Origin: a virus
Taxonomy: Duplodnaviria > Caudoviricetes
IMG/VR virus record: IMGVR_UViG_3300026302_000007
Span: 1 to 56,228 of that record
Strand: one strand, 5' to 3'
DNA: 56,228 nucleotides
The notes below the pieces were generated by a model. That model searched no databases, was not told where the DNA came from, and saw only the letters and a list, made by a program, of their open reading frames with translations. A program made the translations under genes and the position numbers. Positions 1 to 8,932 of the stretch are shown here, in pieces (the first letter of the stretch is position 1; each line of letters opens with the position of its first letter).

Positions 1-135
1 GTCGGAAATTTGTGTAGGATTAAAGTAGGTTCTATATACCCTATATTCGATTTAAAAACGAATATACGCGTATACGGGCCTGGGGCTGGCAAATTTAAAA
101 GATGTTTTGTGGAAAAATCACAGCGGAACTTTTTC

Positions 136-151
136 TAGTTGTTAACAACTT
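136..151. promoter_or_regulatory. Palindromic operator/promoter motif (AGTTGTTAACAACT)
   Basis: Perfect 14-bp palindrome at 137-150, just upstream of ORF 174; related copies at 3431, 35120, 35141, 40630, 44595, 52842 and 52909. Confidence 0.6.
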
Positions 152-173
152 TGTCTGAGATTATTTTATCCTC

Positions 174-794
174 ATGAAGAGCGCCGAAGATTCCCCAAAA
201 ATCCCCAGAGAAAAATTCCCAAGTGATACCCCCTTTGTGTCCTGTAGCAGTACGGGAAATGAGGCCCATGGGATGAGATACGACACTTATTTCATATTCT
301 GGATGGGCCTCTATTTGTGTGTGGGAGCAAAACAATTTTGGCGACAAACGTATTTCGGAGTGGGAACCAGCCCCGGGGAAGCGGTCGGATTTGCCTTGAA
401 CCACTTTTCGGGAGACAATCCCTATACGGACTTCACGGCGGGAGTCGCTCGAAACACAGGGTTCGCCGGAACCTCCAAGGTGACAAAGTCCGGGGCCCGC
501 CAGATCTCTTTGGCCGTGAGCAATTTTTTAAACAGCGCCGGGCCCTTCGTCTCGGAAATTAAAGAATGTAGTTATGAGCCTCTTTGGAACAGCAGTTCTC
601 TTGGCTACATTTTTAAAAGATACGAGGAAAAATACAAAGAGATGTACATCGACCACTTGCTCAACGTCGTATGGAAACTAGGGCCTGATCTTGATCCTCG
701 CAGATACGACCCTGGCCATATCCAATTTATTTTTGACGAAGTTCTCGAGGATATTTATCCGAGCTACTTCAAGAGAAAGAAGAAGGGGGATTGA
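174..794 (+). CDS. Hypothetical protein
   Basis: 206-aa ORF, first of a tightly packed run of + strand genes. Confidence 0.7.
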   Translation: MKSAEDSPKIPREKFPSDTPFVSCSSTGNEAHGMRYDTYFIFWMGLYLCVGAKQFWRQTYFGVGTSPGEAVGFALNHFSGDNPYTDFTAGVARNTGFAGTSKVTKSGARQISLAVSNFLNSAGPFVSEIKECSYEPLWNSSSLGYIFKRYEEKYKEMYIDHLLNVVWKLGPDLDPRRYDPGHIQFIFDEVLEDIYPSYFKRKKKGD

Positions 795-797
795 CCG

Positions 798-1202
798 ATG
801 GGATCTCCAAGAAACCACCCCCTCACCGTACACCATATAAAATTCAACAATGGGGACACAGAGATCCGAGTTCTCAAGGATATTGATGCCTACCACCCGT
901 CCTCCCACTGGCAGGTAGTCGTGTATCTAAAAGGGCTTTTCAAAGAGGCAAACAGCTACTCTCCAGACCCGCATCTCACTGGAGTAAAACCAATAATTGA
1001 TATTCGATTCTGGGAGACCTCGACTCGGGAAGAAGGAGTTTCAAAAGCCTTCGAGCGGGTGAGGTTCCGCATTCTATACGGACTCGACAAAGAATACCGG
1101 GCCGCAATCGACCGCATGTACAGATACAACTCATTGAAAGAAAACTTTGGCGGCCCTGATTCATTAAACCACTATAAATTGTACGATAGATGGGAAGAGT
1201 GA
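798..1202 (+). CDS. Hypothetical protein, paralog family A
   Basis: SD AAGGGGG; motif FWETSTREEGVSKAFERVRFRILYGLDKEYRAAIDRM shared with neighbours. Confidence 0.8.
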   Translation: MGSPRNHPLTVHHIKFNNGDTEIRVLKDIDAYHPSSHWQVVVYLKGLFKEANSYSPDPHLTGVKPIIDIRFWETSTREEGVSKAFERVRFRILYGLDKEYRAAIDRMYRYNSLKENFGGPDSLNHYKLYDRWEE

Positions 1203-1681
1203 TGGGGACCGGGATCGCCAACAGAGCAATTTTAAAATTCTTTTCCGACACATTCCCAAAAGAAATGGCAGAGGCTATGAGAGGCTACCAGGGACCATTA
1301 TATCAAAAGAATATTTCTTCTCTTAGGGGAAATCACATCCGGGTTTACAGACACCGTGGGTTTGACGTATGGGTCGCATCCATTGAAATTAATGTCTCCG
1401 ATAAAATAATTGAGAGGGTTTCAGAAGCCAGTAGTGGGGACATCATTGATAGAGCTGTTTTACATGAAGAAGCTCCAGAAGCAAAGTTCATCTACTTGTG
1501 GGATAGTTCAGACATCTCTCGCCGAGACGCCGTCAAGAGACTCCGAAGCCGAATAAAATATTCCTTTGATCCCGGCTTTAGAAAAAGCATCCGGCGCCTC
1601 TTCCCAGAAGATTGGCACAATCAATTTATCGGGCCGTATGCTTTCTCCTACTGTACTTACTACAGGGTGGTTGAAAAATGA
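1190..1681 (+). CDS. Hypothetical protein, paralog family A
   Basis: Motif LWDSSDISRRDAVKRLRSRIKYSFDPGFRKSIRRL..FIGP; the start may be the GTG at 1199 overlapping the upstream stop. Confidence 0.8.
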   Translation: MGRVMGTGIANRAILKFFSDTFPKEMAEAMRGYQGPLYQKNISSLRGNHIRVYRHRGFDVWVASIEINVSDKIIERVSEASSGDIIDRAVLHEEAPEAKFIYLWDSSDISRRDAVKRLRSRIKYSFDPGFRKSIRRLFPEDWHNQFIGPYAFSYCTYYRVVEK

Positions 1682-2214
1682 ACTGGCTAGAAGAATACGA
1701 AGTGGAAAAATTCAGAGAGGGAAAAGCCCTTGGGTATCCTATCAGGCCTCTGAGAAAATTTTATTTTGAGGAAAAAAGAACCATGATCCTGATTGGTTTT
1801 CGTTTGCGCCATCCAATAGACTCTCCTCTCCTCGGCCCAGTAAAAACCTACTTCGCGGCAATCCGGGCTCGGGATATTTTTAAAGACATGTCGAAAAAGG
1901 GAATCAACTGGCTCGACGACAGCGGGGCCCTTCAACCAAAGTATCACCCCAAATGCGGCAAGATCGGGATGTGGGAAACAGCTACTGAGGAGGAAGGCGG
2001 CCCACGCAAAGCCCTCTCACGGCTGCGGTTCCGTTTGCAGATGTCTATGGATGAAGAGTACGCCGCCGTCATGCTCCGCCTCCACCCCAAGAACGAGATT
2101 TTTAAATTCGTCGGTCCTCTTTCTATTAGGTATATCGAGCTTCCCCAAAGAATTAAATTCCTCAAGAGAGGGAAAAATTCAGTGATTCGAAAATCAATAG
2201 GAGCCATACGGTGA
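1678..2214 (+). CDS. Hypothetical protein, paralog family A
   Basis: ATGA overlap; motif MWETATEEEGGPRKALSRLRFRLQMSMDEEY..RL..FVGP. Confidence 0.8.
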   Translation: MNWLEEYEVEKFREGKALGYPIRPLRKFYFEEKRTMILIGFRLRHPIDSPLLGPVKTYFAAIRARDIFKDMSKKGINWLDDSGALQPKYHPKCGKIGMWETATEEEGGPRKALSRLRFRLQMSMDEEYAAVMLRLHPKNEIFKFVGPLSIRYIELPQRIKFLKRGKNSVIRKSIGAIR

Positions 2215-2726
2215 GTTCGCCTTTTGAGCGCCGGACAATAGAGCATGCCCAAGAATCTGAGGACAAAAGAACAGTAGTCGAGTTCGTTAGGACTATCAAA
2301 TTCCGGCGCCCCGGTAGCTACCGCTCGACGACTTTTTATTTCGGTTTCTACTACCCGAGAGCATGTTGGATCGTGATGATGCGCTTTTATATCGGAGATC
2401 AACTTTTGTATCTTTCTGAGTCATCCTCGGCTGACGAGGGATTGGTCAAAGCTGTAAAAAATCTCAAGATGAGACACCGCTACTCTTGTAACGAGCACTA
2501 CCGGAAAACTCTTGATAGAATGGGAATACAACTGAATCCGGGACCAGTACACGAGAGCAAGTATCCCGACTTCAGTTGTCTTTACGGAAACGACAAACCA
2601 GGAGGAAATTACTGTGACTCACAACTTCGAAAATGGGCGGATCGCGCGGGCGGAAAAGACGAAATTGGCCACAAACCGTCCCGGAAAAGGCTGCCTTGCT
2701 ACAACCTCGGGGAGTATTTTTACTAA
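2211..2726 (+). CDS. Hypothetical protein, paralog family A
   Basis: GTGA overlap with AGGAG SD; motif LSESSSADEGLVKAVKNLKMRHRYSCNEHYRKTLDRM..GP. Confidence 0.75.
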   Translation: MSSPFERRTIEHAQESEDKRTVVEFVRTIKFRRPGSYRSTTFYFGFYYPRACWIVMMRFYIGDQLLYLSESSSADEGLVKAVKNLKMRHRYSCNEHYRKTLDRMGIQLNPGPVHESKYPDFSCLYGNDKPGGNYCDSQLRKWADRAGGKDEIGHKPSRKRLPCYNLGEYFY

Positions 2727-2778
2727 AATTTTGGGTGGATTTTGGAATTTGGCGGTCTCATTTTGTTCAAACTCCTCG

Positions 2779-3060
2779 GTGAGGAGTAGCATTATAATCC
2801 TGGTTTTAGCAAGCACAAATTTGGGCTGTTCGACCCTTTTTGAGGCCGATTGGAGCGCCCCCGGAAGCCAAAGTTACTCGCGCAAGATGGACAAAATTTC
2901 GGAAGATGGGTGGCAAAAAAGTCGCCAATATGTGGCCGCCAGTAAAGAGCGTTTTCAGAGGGAAAATCCCGAATTTTACAAGCGTTTGGAGAAGGCTGTT
3001 TCGGACGACACAATCATCATCGAGCGCGACTTCGACGGAGCCCTCTTAATTGGGAAATAG
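2779..3060 (+). CDS. Putative lipoprotein
   Basis: GTG start gives MRSSIIILVLASTNLGC: short hydrophobic stretch plus lipobox-like LGC. Confidence 0.55.
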   Translation: MRSSIIILVLASTNLGCSTLFEADWSAPGSQSYSRKMDKISEDGWQKSRQYVAASKERFQRENPEFYKRLEKAVSDDTIIIERDFDGALLIGK

Positions 3061-3430
3061 TGAGTGATTCAGCATACTTACGACGAGGAAAAATCGAAAA
3101 ATGGGTCATTTCCTAATGATTTCAAGGACTTAAGCTAAGTACTTGATAACTACCATCTTTTTTGAATCCATTTAAAATTCTACCTGTAATTTCAATAACT
3201 TAGGGGGGTGCAAAAAATGTTGGGTGAAAAAGACCCCCCCAGTAGTAAAGAAAAAAATAATATATATATATATATTCCTGTAAGGATAATAGGATAATAG
3301 GATAAGGCAAAATTTTTAAAGGTCGTATACCCTGGCCCAACCATGCTGGAAACCCGAAGTCCAGCAAAATAAAAAATTCCCGGCAAGTGACAACCCCTTC
3401 CATCCTTTTGACCTGGCGCAGGCCGGGCCT
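3061..3430. other. Non-coding AT-rich region: putative replication origin or packaging site
   Basis: Three IHF-consensus-like sites (3120-3132, 3136-3148 reverse, 3190-3202), (TA)n palindrome 3259-3276, three AGGATAA repeats 3283-3306, G6/C7 inverted tracts; lies directly upstream of the helicase. Confidence 0.55.
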
Positions 3431-3433
3431 TGG

Positions 3434-3463
3434 TTGACAACTTAAATCAGGCTCCCCTAAATC
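3434..3463 (+). promoter_or_regulatory. Sigma70-like promoter
   Basis: TTGACA at 3434-3439 then TAAAT about 18 nt later; same architecture as 52915-52944 (TTGACAACTTAA-TCA...TAAAT). Confidence 0.5.
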
Positions 3464-3509
3464 AAGATTCCTCGCCAAACGAGGCATGCACACAACTTGA
3501 GGGGGAAAC

Positions 3510-5264
3510 TTGTCCGAGCTTAAGAAAGCCTTGGAGGCGACCGGAATCGCCATCCGCAAATACGACGCCACAAAAGCCAGACCCATCATTACCGACAAAG
3601 GTGCTGTCACGATCCCCAAATTCACAACCGATCTTGTTTCAGCTTTGGGGACCGGGCTGATGAACCACCCGGCTGTGGTTGGCGCAATCAACAGCCCTTC
3701 CGTGATGACCCAACTTATCGAAGACTATGTTGAGGGCGAGGGCCTTGCCTCAAAAGATTCTTCCGGCCAGATCTCGGTCCCAAGTTCGATGGCCCACCTA
3801 ACTTTGAACATTGACAGATCCTCCACCGAGCCCGGGGCGAAAAGATTTTTCTGCACAACTCAAGAAGAACTCATGGATCAGGAGACTTCCGGTCAGTTCT
3901 ACTTGGACAGTTGCGGCGCCTCGATCTCGGATGGAGTTCGTTTAGCCCGCGCGGTAGTCCCGCGATACATGCCGCGAAGAAAGCGCGGGACATTCATCGA
4001 AAGGCATCCGGTCACGGGCGCACAGTACACTCACTTCAACACCTATGTCCCATCGGAGTGGGAGCTTTGGAAACTTCGCAACCCTCGCGAATGGAACAAA
4101 CTTCCCGCGAAGCCTCCCGAAGAGATCATCCGATTTTTAAAACACCTCATCCCTAGCAAGGTCGAGCGTGAGTATCTGTATGCTTGGATCTACACGTCGA
4201 TGACCTCGCGCTCTTTCGTGTACTTGGTTCTTCAGGGCAGTCCCGGCGTCGGGAAGAACCGCCTCAATGTCTTACTTCGCGCCCTTCACGGAAAGAGCAA
4301 TTCAGTTTCCGGGAAAAAAGAAACCTTCGGCGCGAACGACAGCCGCTTCAACAACCAGATGCTCAACAACACAATGCTTTGGTTGGATGAACTCAAGTAC
4401 GGGCCCGACATGGAGCCGCGCATGAAGGAGTATCAGAATCCCTACATCGCAATCGAGCGCAAAGGGATCGACGCCTCTTCGAGCACGGAGATCTACTCGA
4501 GCATGGTCATCTCCAACAACTACCCGCGCGACAACTACATCCTGTTCAATTCTCGAAAGTTCGCCCCGCTTGTTCTTGGGAGCCAGGCATTGACCTCTTC
4601 CATGACCCCGGAGGAGATCACGCGCATGAGCGAGCGCATGGATAACACCTTTCACACTTTCGACGTGAAGTACGTTGCCCAGATCGCAAAGTGGATCTTA
4701 CATGTTGGTCCGAAGCATGTGAGTAAATGGCCGAACCTGGAATATCAGGGACCGAAGTTTTGGGAACTCGCACACTCCTCCATGAGCCGATGGCAGAAGA
4801 TCGCGGTTCTTTCACTCACTACTCAAACTAGATCAGGGATGTTTGCTGGGTGGAACCCGGAGAAGAAAGCTTTTCTTTGGTCTAAGGTTGAGGAAGGACT
4901 TCGCCGCAAGAAAGAGTATGAGGCTAAAGACTACCGAGACGCTTCAACCGTAAAATCTTTTTTTGACAATTACTGCGATGAGAAGGGCGTTCGAATTTTT
5001 GAGACAGAAGAAGTTCCGGGCTCCATCATCCAGGATTTCTGGGTAAGACCTATAGTTGAGCCAAAGCCAACGGAAAAATCTTCTTCATCGGTTGGGGGAG
5101 AAAAAAAAGAGATCTCGGAAAAAAATTTGAAATCAGATCCTACCGAAAAATTAAAACGACCTCCCGGGATTTCATCCTTCCACTGGCGGAAGATGAAGTA
5201 TGAGTACGAACTAATGCAGAAAGGAAAGATCAGTGAAACCAAAAAAGAACAATCCGACCTCTAA
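3510..5264 (+). CDS. SF3/D5-like (DUF5906-type) replicative helicase
   Basis: Walker A GSPGVGKN, Walker B LWLDE, FNN..N, IERKG.D, motif C VISNN; TTG start after GAGGGGG. Confidence 0.8.
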   Translation: MSELKKALEATGIAIRKYDATKARPIITDKGAVTIPKFTTDLVSALGTGLMNHPAVVGAINSPSVMTQLIEDYVEGEGLASKDSSGQISVPSSMAHLTLNIDRSSTEPGAKRFFCTTQEELMDQETSGQFYLDSCGASISDGVRLARAVVPRYMPRRKRGTFIERHPVTGAQYTHFNTYVPSEWELWKLRNPREWNKLPAKPPEEIIRFLKHLIPSKVEREYLYAWIYTSMTSRSFVYLVLQGSPGVGKNRLNVLLRALHGKSNSVSGKKETFGANDSRFNNQMLNNTMLWLDELKYGPDMEPRMKEYQNPYIAIERKGIDASSSTEIYSSMVISNNYPRDNYILFNSRKFAPLVLGSQALTSSMTPEEITRMSERMDNTFHTFDVKYVAQIAKWILHVGPKHVSKWPNLEYQGPKFWELAHSSMSRWQKIAVLSLTTQTRSGMFAGWNPEKKAFLWSKVEEGLRRKKEYEAKDYRDASTVKSFFDNYCDEKGVRIFETEEVPGSIIQDFWVRPIVEPKPTEKSSSSVGGEKKEISEKNLKSDPTEKLKRPPGISSFHWRKMKYEYELMQKGKISETKKEQSDL

Positions 5265-5787
5265 GCCGAAGAAAAAACCCCAGACCCGAAACATTGTCCT
5301 TTCTGATGGAACGGTCATCAAGGCTAACGACAACAACAAGGGAAACCTCGCCAGCGGCAAAGTTGGAAAGAACGTCTACAACAAACCTGTGCCGGACGAG
5401 GAAGAGACCCTTGAGCCCGAAGACGGATTTGAGGCGGCCAAGTATCCGCCTCCAAAAAAGAACCAAGTGTTTCGAAAAACTTGGATGGGCTTCATCGAAA
5501 ACGTTACCTCGCGCGTGAATTTTAAGCCGAGCCATTTGCTCACGCTCGAGATCCTTTGTGATCTTTACGTGGAGCTTGAGAGCTTGAATCAGTTCTTGCG
5601 CACCAACGGCATGTCCTTCAAGGTCATCACCATCGCCGGAGAAACTCGCCGCATGTATCCCGAGGTCGCGCAGCGAGATAAAGTTCGTAGCCAGATCTAC
5701 AGTTATTCAAAACAACTCGACTTGTTTCCAAAAAAAGATAGCTCGCTTAAAAGCGGCGATGAAGGAGATGCAGAAAAATGGACGTAG
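5233..5787 (+). CDS. terS: Terminase small subunit (P27-like)
   Basis: YPPP, LEILCDLYVE, YPEV..RDK, QLDLFP pattern typical of P27-type TerS; upstream of TerL. Confidence 0.8.
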   Translation: MKPKKNNPTSKPKKKPQTRNIVLSDGTVIKANDNNKGNLASGKVGKNVYNKPVPDEEETLEPEDGFEAAKYPPPKKNQVFRKTWMGFIENVTSRVNFKPSHLLTLEILCDLYVELESLNQFLRTNGMSFKVITIAGETRRMYPEVAQRDKVRSQIYSYSKQLDLFPKKDSSLKSGDEGDAEKWT

Positions 5788-5945
5788 TAGAAACTTGCGC
5801 GAACAGTACGCCTCTTTGGGCCAACGCGGTAATTTGGGGCCAGATAGTTGTAAATATCTTGATTTCTGCCTTCAACGTGTGGGTAGCATTTAGAAATAGA
5901 AAAGCCATTAGAACAATGGCTCGCATCTTCAACTCCCAAAAATAG
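5778..5945 (+). CDS. Small single-pass membrane protein (55 aa)
   Basis: AAGGAG SD; MDVVETCANSTPLWANAVIWGQIVVNILISAFNVWVAFRNRKAIR...; fills the terS-terL gap. Confidence 0.55.
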   Translation: MDVVETCANSTPLWANAVIWGQIVVNILISAFNVWVAFRNRKAIRTMARIFNSQK

Positions 5946-5954
5946 GAAATATCT

Positions 5955-7643
5955 ATGGCCGTCAACAAAGTCAGCATGAGGATTCTCGGAACCAAGCATT
6001 GCTTGGCGGGGTATCAGTATGCCGAGGATGTTGTGGCCAAGAAGATCACAGCCGGTAAGTACATCATCGCCGCGTGCGAAAGATTCCTAAACGACATCAA
6101 CAACGACAAAGCCGATTTTTATTTTGATGTCGATGCGGCTGAAAAATATTTGCGCAACGTTCAGAACTTCAGTCACGTTGAGGGGCACTGGGCGACGAAG
6201 AATATCAAGTACGAGCCTTGGCAGTGCTGGGTGTGGATGAACATCATGGGCTTCAAGATGAAGGAAACGGGATTTAGAAGATTCCGTGTCGCACATCTTG
6301 AGGTCGCGCGCGGGAACGCGAAGTCAACGATGGCCAGTCAGTGCGCTCTTTCTTTTCTTGCGCTCGACAATCCGAACGGGAATCACATCTCAGCCGTTGC
6401 TACCAAGAAAGAGCAGGCTCGTATCGTTTTGGACTCCGCCCGGGCGATGGCAAAGAAGAGCACATCATACTTGCGCCACACGGGCGTGCAAGTTCTCGCC
6501 CACCAGGTCGTTCACCGACAGAGCAACTCGTACATCCGAGCCCTTGCCGCCGATGCTGACAGCCTTGATGGTTTGAAAGATGTCCTCGCAATCTGCGATG
6601 AGCTTCATGCAATGAACCGAGAGGTCTTTGAGGTCGTGACTTCGGGTATGAGTAAGCGCAAAGACTCTCTCGTTCTTTGCATCACGACAGCCGGAAGCAA
6701 TGTCCACTCGATTGGGTATTCGCAGACCACGTTCGCCAAAAAGGTTGCATCGGGAGAAGTGGACGATGACACTTTCTTCTCTGCGGTCTACACACTCGAT
6801 GACGATGATGACTGGGCAGATGAAAATGTTTGGATCAAAGCCAATCCGGGCCTCGGTGTTTCGGTGGACATTGCCTCGATCAGATCCAAAGTTGAAAAAG
6901 CGTTGGTCACTCCCGCCGACATTTCCAACATTCGCATCAAGCACATGAACCAGTGGATCTCGGAAGCCAACGCGTTCTTCGATCAGAACTTGTGGGACAA
7001 GTGCGCGGATAAAAATTTGAAGATTGAAGATTTCAAGCACGCTCCCGTTCGCCTAGGACTCGACTTGGCATCCCACATTGACATCACGGCCATTGGATAC
7101 GTTTTCAAAAAAGACGACATCTACTATCTCTTCGATGACAGTTTTCTTCCCGAGGACACGATCACCAAAGTAAAAAACGCTTTATACGATAACTGCATTG
7201 CCACGGGGTACTTGCACAAGACCACGGGCGCGGTCATCGACTACGACCACATCCGGGCCAAGATCCTTCAGGCCGGGCGGGACTTCAATGTGCTCGAATG
7301 CCTATACGACGGCTGGAGCGCGACCGAGACTGCACAGAAACTTCAGGACCACATGAAGATGACCAAGGTCGCGATGAATGTTGGAAACTTTTCTGAGCCG
7401 ATGAAAAAACTCGACAGCCTCATCCGCTCGGGTAAGGTTCGCCACAACGGATCTCCCCTTTTGCGCTGGTGTCTTGGAAACGTGGTCGCGAAAGAAGACC
7501 ACAACGGAAACGTTTTCCCAAGAAAGTCACATGAGAAGAGAAAGATTGACCCGATCATCGCTCTCATCATGGCCCTTGCCGGGTGGATCGCTGCCGGAGA
7601 AGAAACTTCTGTCTACGAGACCAGAGGGATTAGGAAACTTTAA
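5955..7643 (+). CDS. terL: Terminase large subunit (Terminase_1 type)
   Basis: EPWQ, Walker A VARGNAKST, Walker B ICDELH, ITTAG, W.KANPGLG, nuclease GLDLA...KIDPIIALIMA. Confidence 0.97.
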   Translation: MAVNKVSMRILGTKHCLAGYQYAEDVVAKKITAGKYIIAACERFLNDINNDKADFYFDVDAAEKYLRNVQNFSHVEGHWATKNIKYEPWQCWVWMNIMGFKMKETGFRRFRVAHLEVARGNAKSTMASQCALSFLALDNPNGNHISAVATKKEQARIVLDSARAMAKKSTSYLRHTGVQVLAHQVVHRQSNSYIRALAADADSLDGLKDVLAICDELHAMNREVFEVVTSGMSKRKDSLVLCITTAGSNVHSIGYSQTTFAKKVASGEVDDDTFFSAVYTLDDDDDWADENVWIKANPGLGVSVDIASIRSKVEKALVTPADISNIRIKHMNQWISEANAFFDQNLWDKCADKNLKIEDFKHAPVRLGLDLASHIDITAIGYVFKKDDIYYLFDDSFLPEDTITKVKNALYDNCIATGYLHKTTGAVIDYDHIRAKILQAGRDFNVLECLYDGWSATETAQKLQDHMKMTKVAMNVGNFSEPMKKLDSLIRSGKVRHNGSPLLRWCLGNVVAKEDHNGNVFPRKSHEKRKIDPIIALIMALAGWIAAGEETSVYETRGIRKL

Positions 7644-7645
7644 GC

Positions 7646-8122
7646 ATGCAATACAATCACAGAAAATCGGCCTACAAACAGCTTGAGACAATGATGAGTG
7701 AAAGACTCGAGCGCCTGGATGGAGAAGAATTTTCTCCCGGAGAACTTTTCTTGGCCAAGATTCTTATTGCCCACGAAGAAGAGCGAGAGGAAAACAAAAA
7801 GTTCCAGAAAAAAGTAGAACAGCTAGAGCTTGGCAAGAGCAAGATAAAACTTTTTGGCGGGTTCCGAAGAAAGGCCCACTATATAACCTACAAGAGGCTG
7901 AGATCTTTTGGAAGGGTTCTTGGTGTGTACCCAGTTACCGAAGAATTGAAAAATACTGTAAGAGTCACGGAAAAAATTCTCGGGTACATGAGATATGAGT
8001 TCAGAGATTTTAGGTATCAAGAAATTTTTCGCACAACCAGACGTAAAAAAGGATACAAGTGGGACCAGTATGACTTCTCCGGACAAATGGTCAACGCCCG
8101 TGAAGATTTCCGATATTATTGA
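7646..8122 (+). CDS. Hypothetical protein
   Basis: 158-aa ORF immediately after terL. Confidence 0.65.
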   Translation: MQYNHRKSAYKQLETMMSERLERLDGEEFSPGELFLAKILIAHEEEREENKKFQKKVEQLELGKSKIKLFGGFRRKAHYITYKRLRSFGRVLGVYPVTEELKNTVRVTEKILGYMRYEFRDFRYQEIFRTTRRKKGYKWDQYDFSGQMVNAREDFRYY

Positions 8123-8480
8123 AAATAGACACGGGATCGGGAAAAGAAAAAAATTTTACCGACCAAGATCTCGAGTAGATAGGGGATGTCGAAAAGACTA
8201 TGCCAGATTTTTACTTATGGAAATTTTCCCGGACACTGAGGTTCCTCTTTTCTTTTTCAGTGTCGGCGCATCAGTTGGTCCCAACTTATCCGCGCAAGAG
8301 ATTTTTATTTTGCACTTGCTGTGGGAGTCTGGCCGCAACGGGTTGTCCCTCATGCACAGTGGTAAACGAGATTTTCTAATTGCATTGGCTACCGATCTCG
8401 GGCTCTATCCGTATCCGAAGTGGTGGAAAGTTCGTAAACGAATATTGGCCATAGGCCGAAGTCCGAGGGGAATTCTATGA
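7995..8480 (+). CDS. Hypothetical protein (start uncertain)
   Basis: Ends in an ATGA overlap with the next gene; true start is probably downstream of 8118. Confidence 0.45.
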   Translation: MSSEILGIKKFFAQPDVKKDTSGTSMTSPDKWSTPVKISDIIENRHGIGKRKKFYRPRSRVDRGCRKDYARFLLMEIFPDTEVPLFFFSVGASVGPNLSAQEIFILHLLWESGRNGLSLMHSGKRDFLIALATDLGLYPYPKWWKVRKRILAIGRSPRGIL

Positions 8481-8857
8481 AGAAAGAGCAGTACATCCAG
8501 TTTCACAAAGATTCATGTCAGAAGCTGATCGACATCACCGCAAAGAAAAATGCGGACTACACCGGAGTCAGTGATGATGCCTTCGCGAATTTTCGCCAGA
8601 TCGCAGGCCTTGTCGGACCTCGCGCCGGGAACATGGCGGGAACTGGAACGGTGGACATGGTCGCGGTTGGATTCGTGACACGCATGAGCGATAAACTTTC
8701 TCGCGTCGGAAGTTTCGTATCTAAAGGCGAACTCATGGTGAAAGACGAATCGGTGCAAGATACACTCTTGGATCTTGCAAATTACTGCATTCTTTTCGCC
8801 GGATATTTGAACCAAGAGGCCTACGCCGCCCAAAAACAACGCCCCGAGTCACCTTAG
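8477..8857 (+). CDS. DUF1599-like (nucleotide-modification-associated, all-alpha NTP pyrophosphatase-like) protein
   Basis: KKNADY...AFANF...RMSDKLSR...DESVQDTLLDLANY signature. Confidence 0.8.
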   Translation: MKKEQYIQFHKDSCQKLIDITAKKNADYTGVSDDAFANFRQIAGLVGPRAGNMAGTGTVDMVAVGFVTRMSDKLSRVGSFVSKGELMVKDESVQDTLLDLANYCILFAGYLNQEAYAAQKQRPESP

Positions 8858-8884
8858 ACAAAAGGCGGGGCCTAAAAATCCTGC

Positions 8885-8913
8885 TTTACACGGGCTTGTA
8901 TTTTCTACATGAT
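8885..8913 (+). promoter_or_regulatory. Candidate promoter for head genes
   Basis: TTTACA-17 nt-CATGAT upstream of the AAGGGG SD and ATG 8933. Confidence 0.45.
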
Positions 8914-8932
8914 TTCCCACAAGGGGAAATTC

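Noticed and set aside
5713-5727. Perfect beta-clamp motif QLDLF in TerS
   Set aside because: It occupies the position of the usual xLGLTP motif of P27-type TerS, so it is likely coincidental
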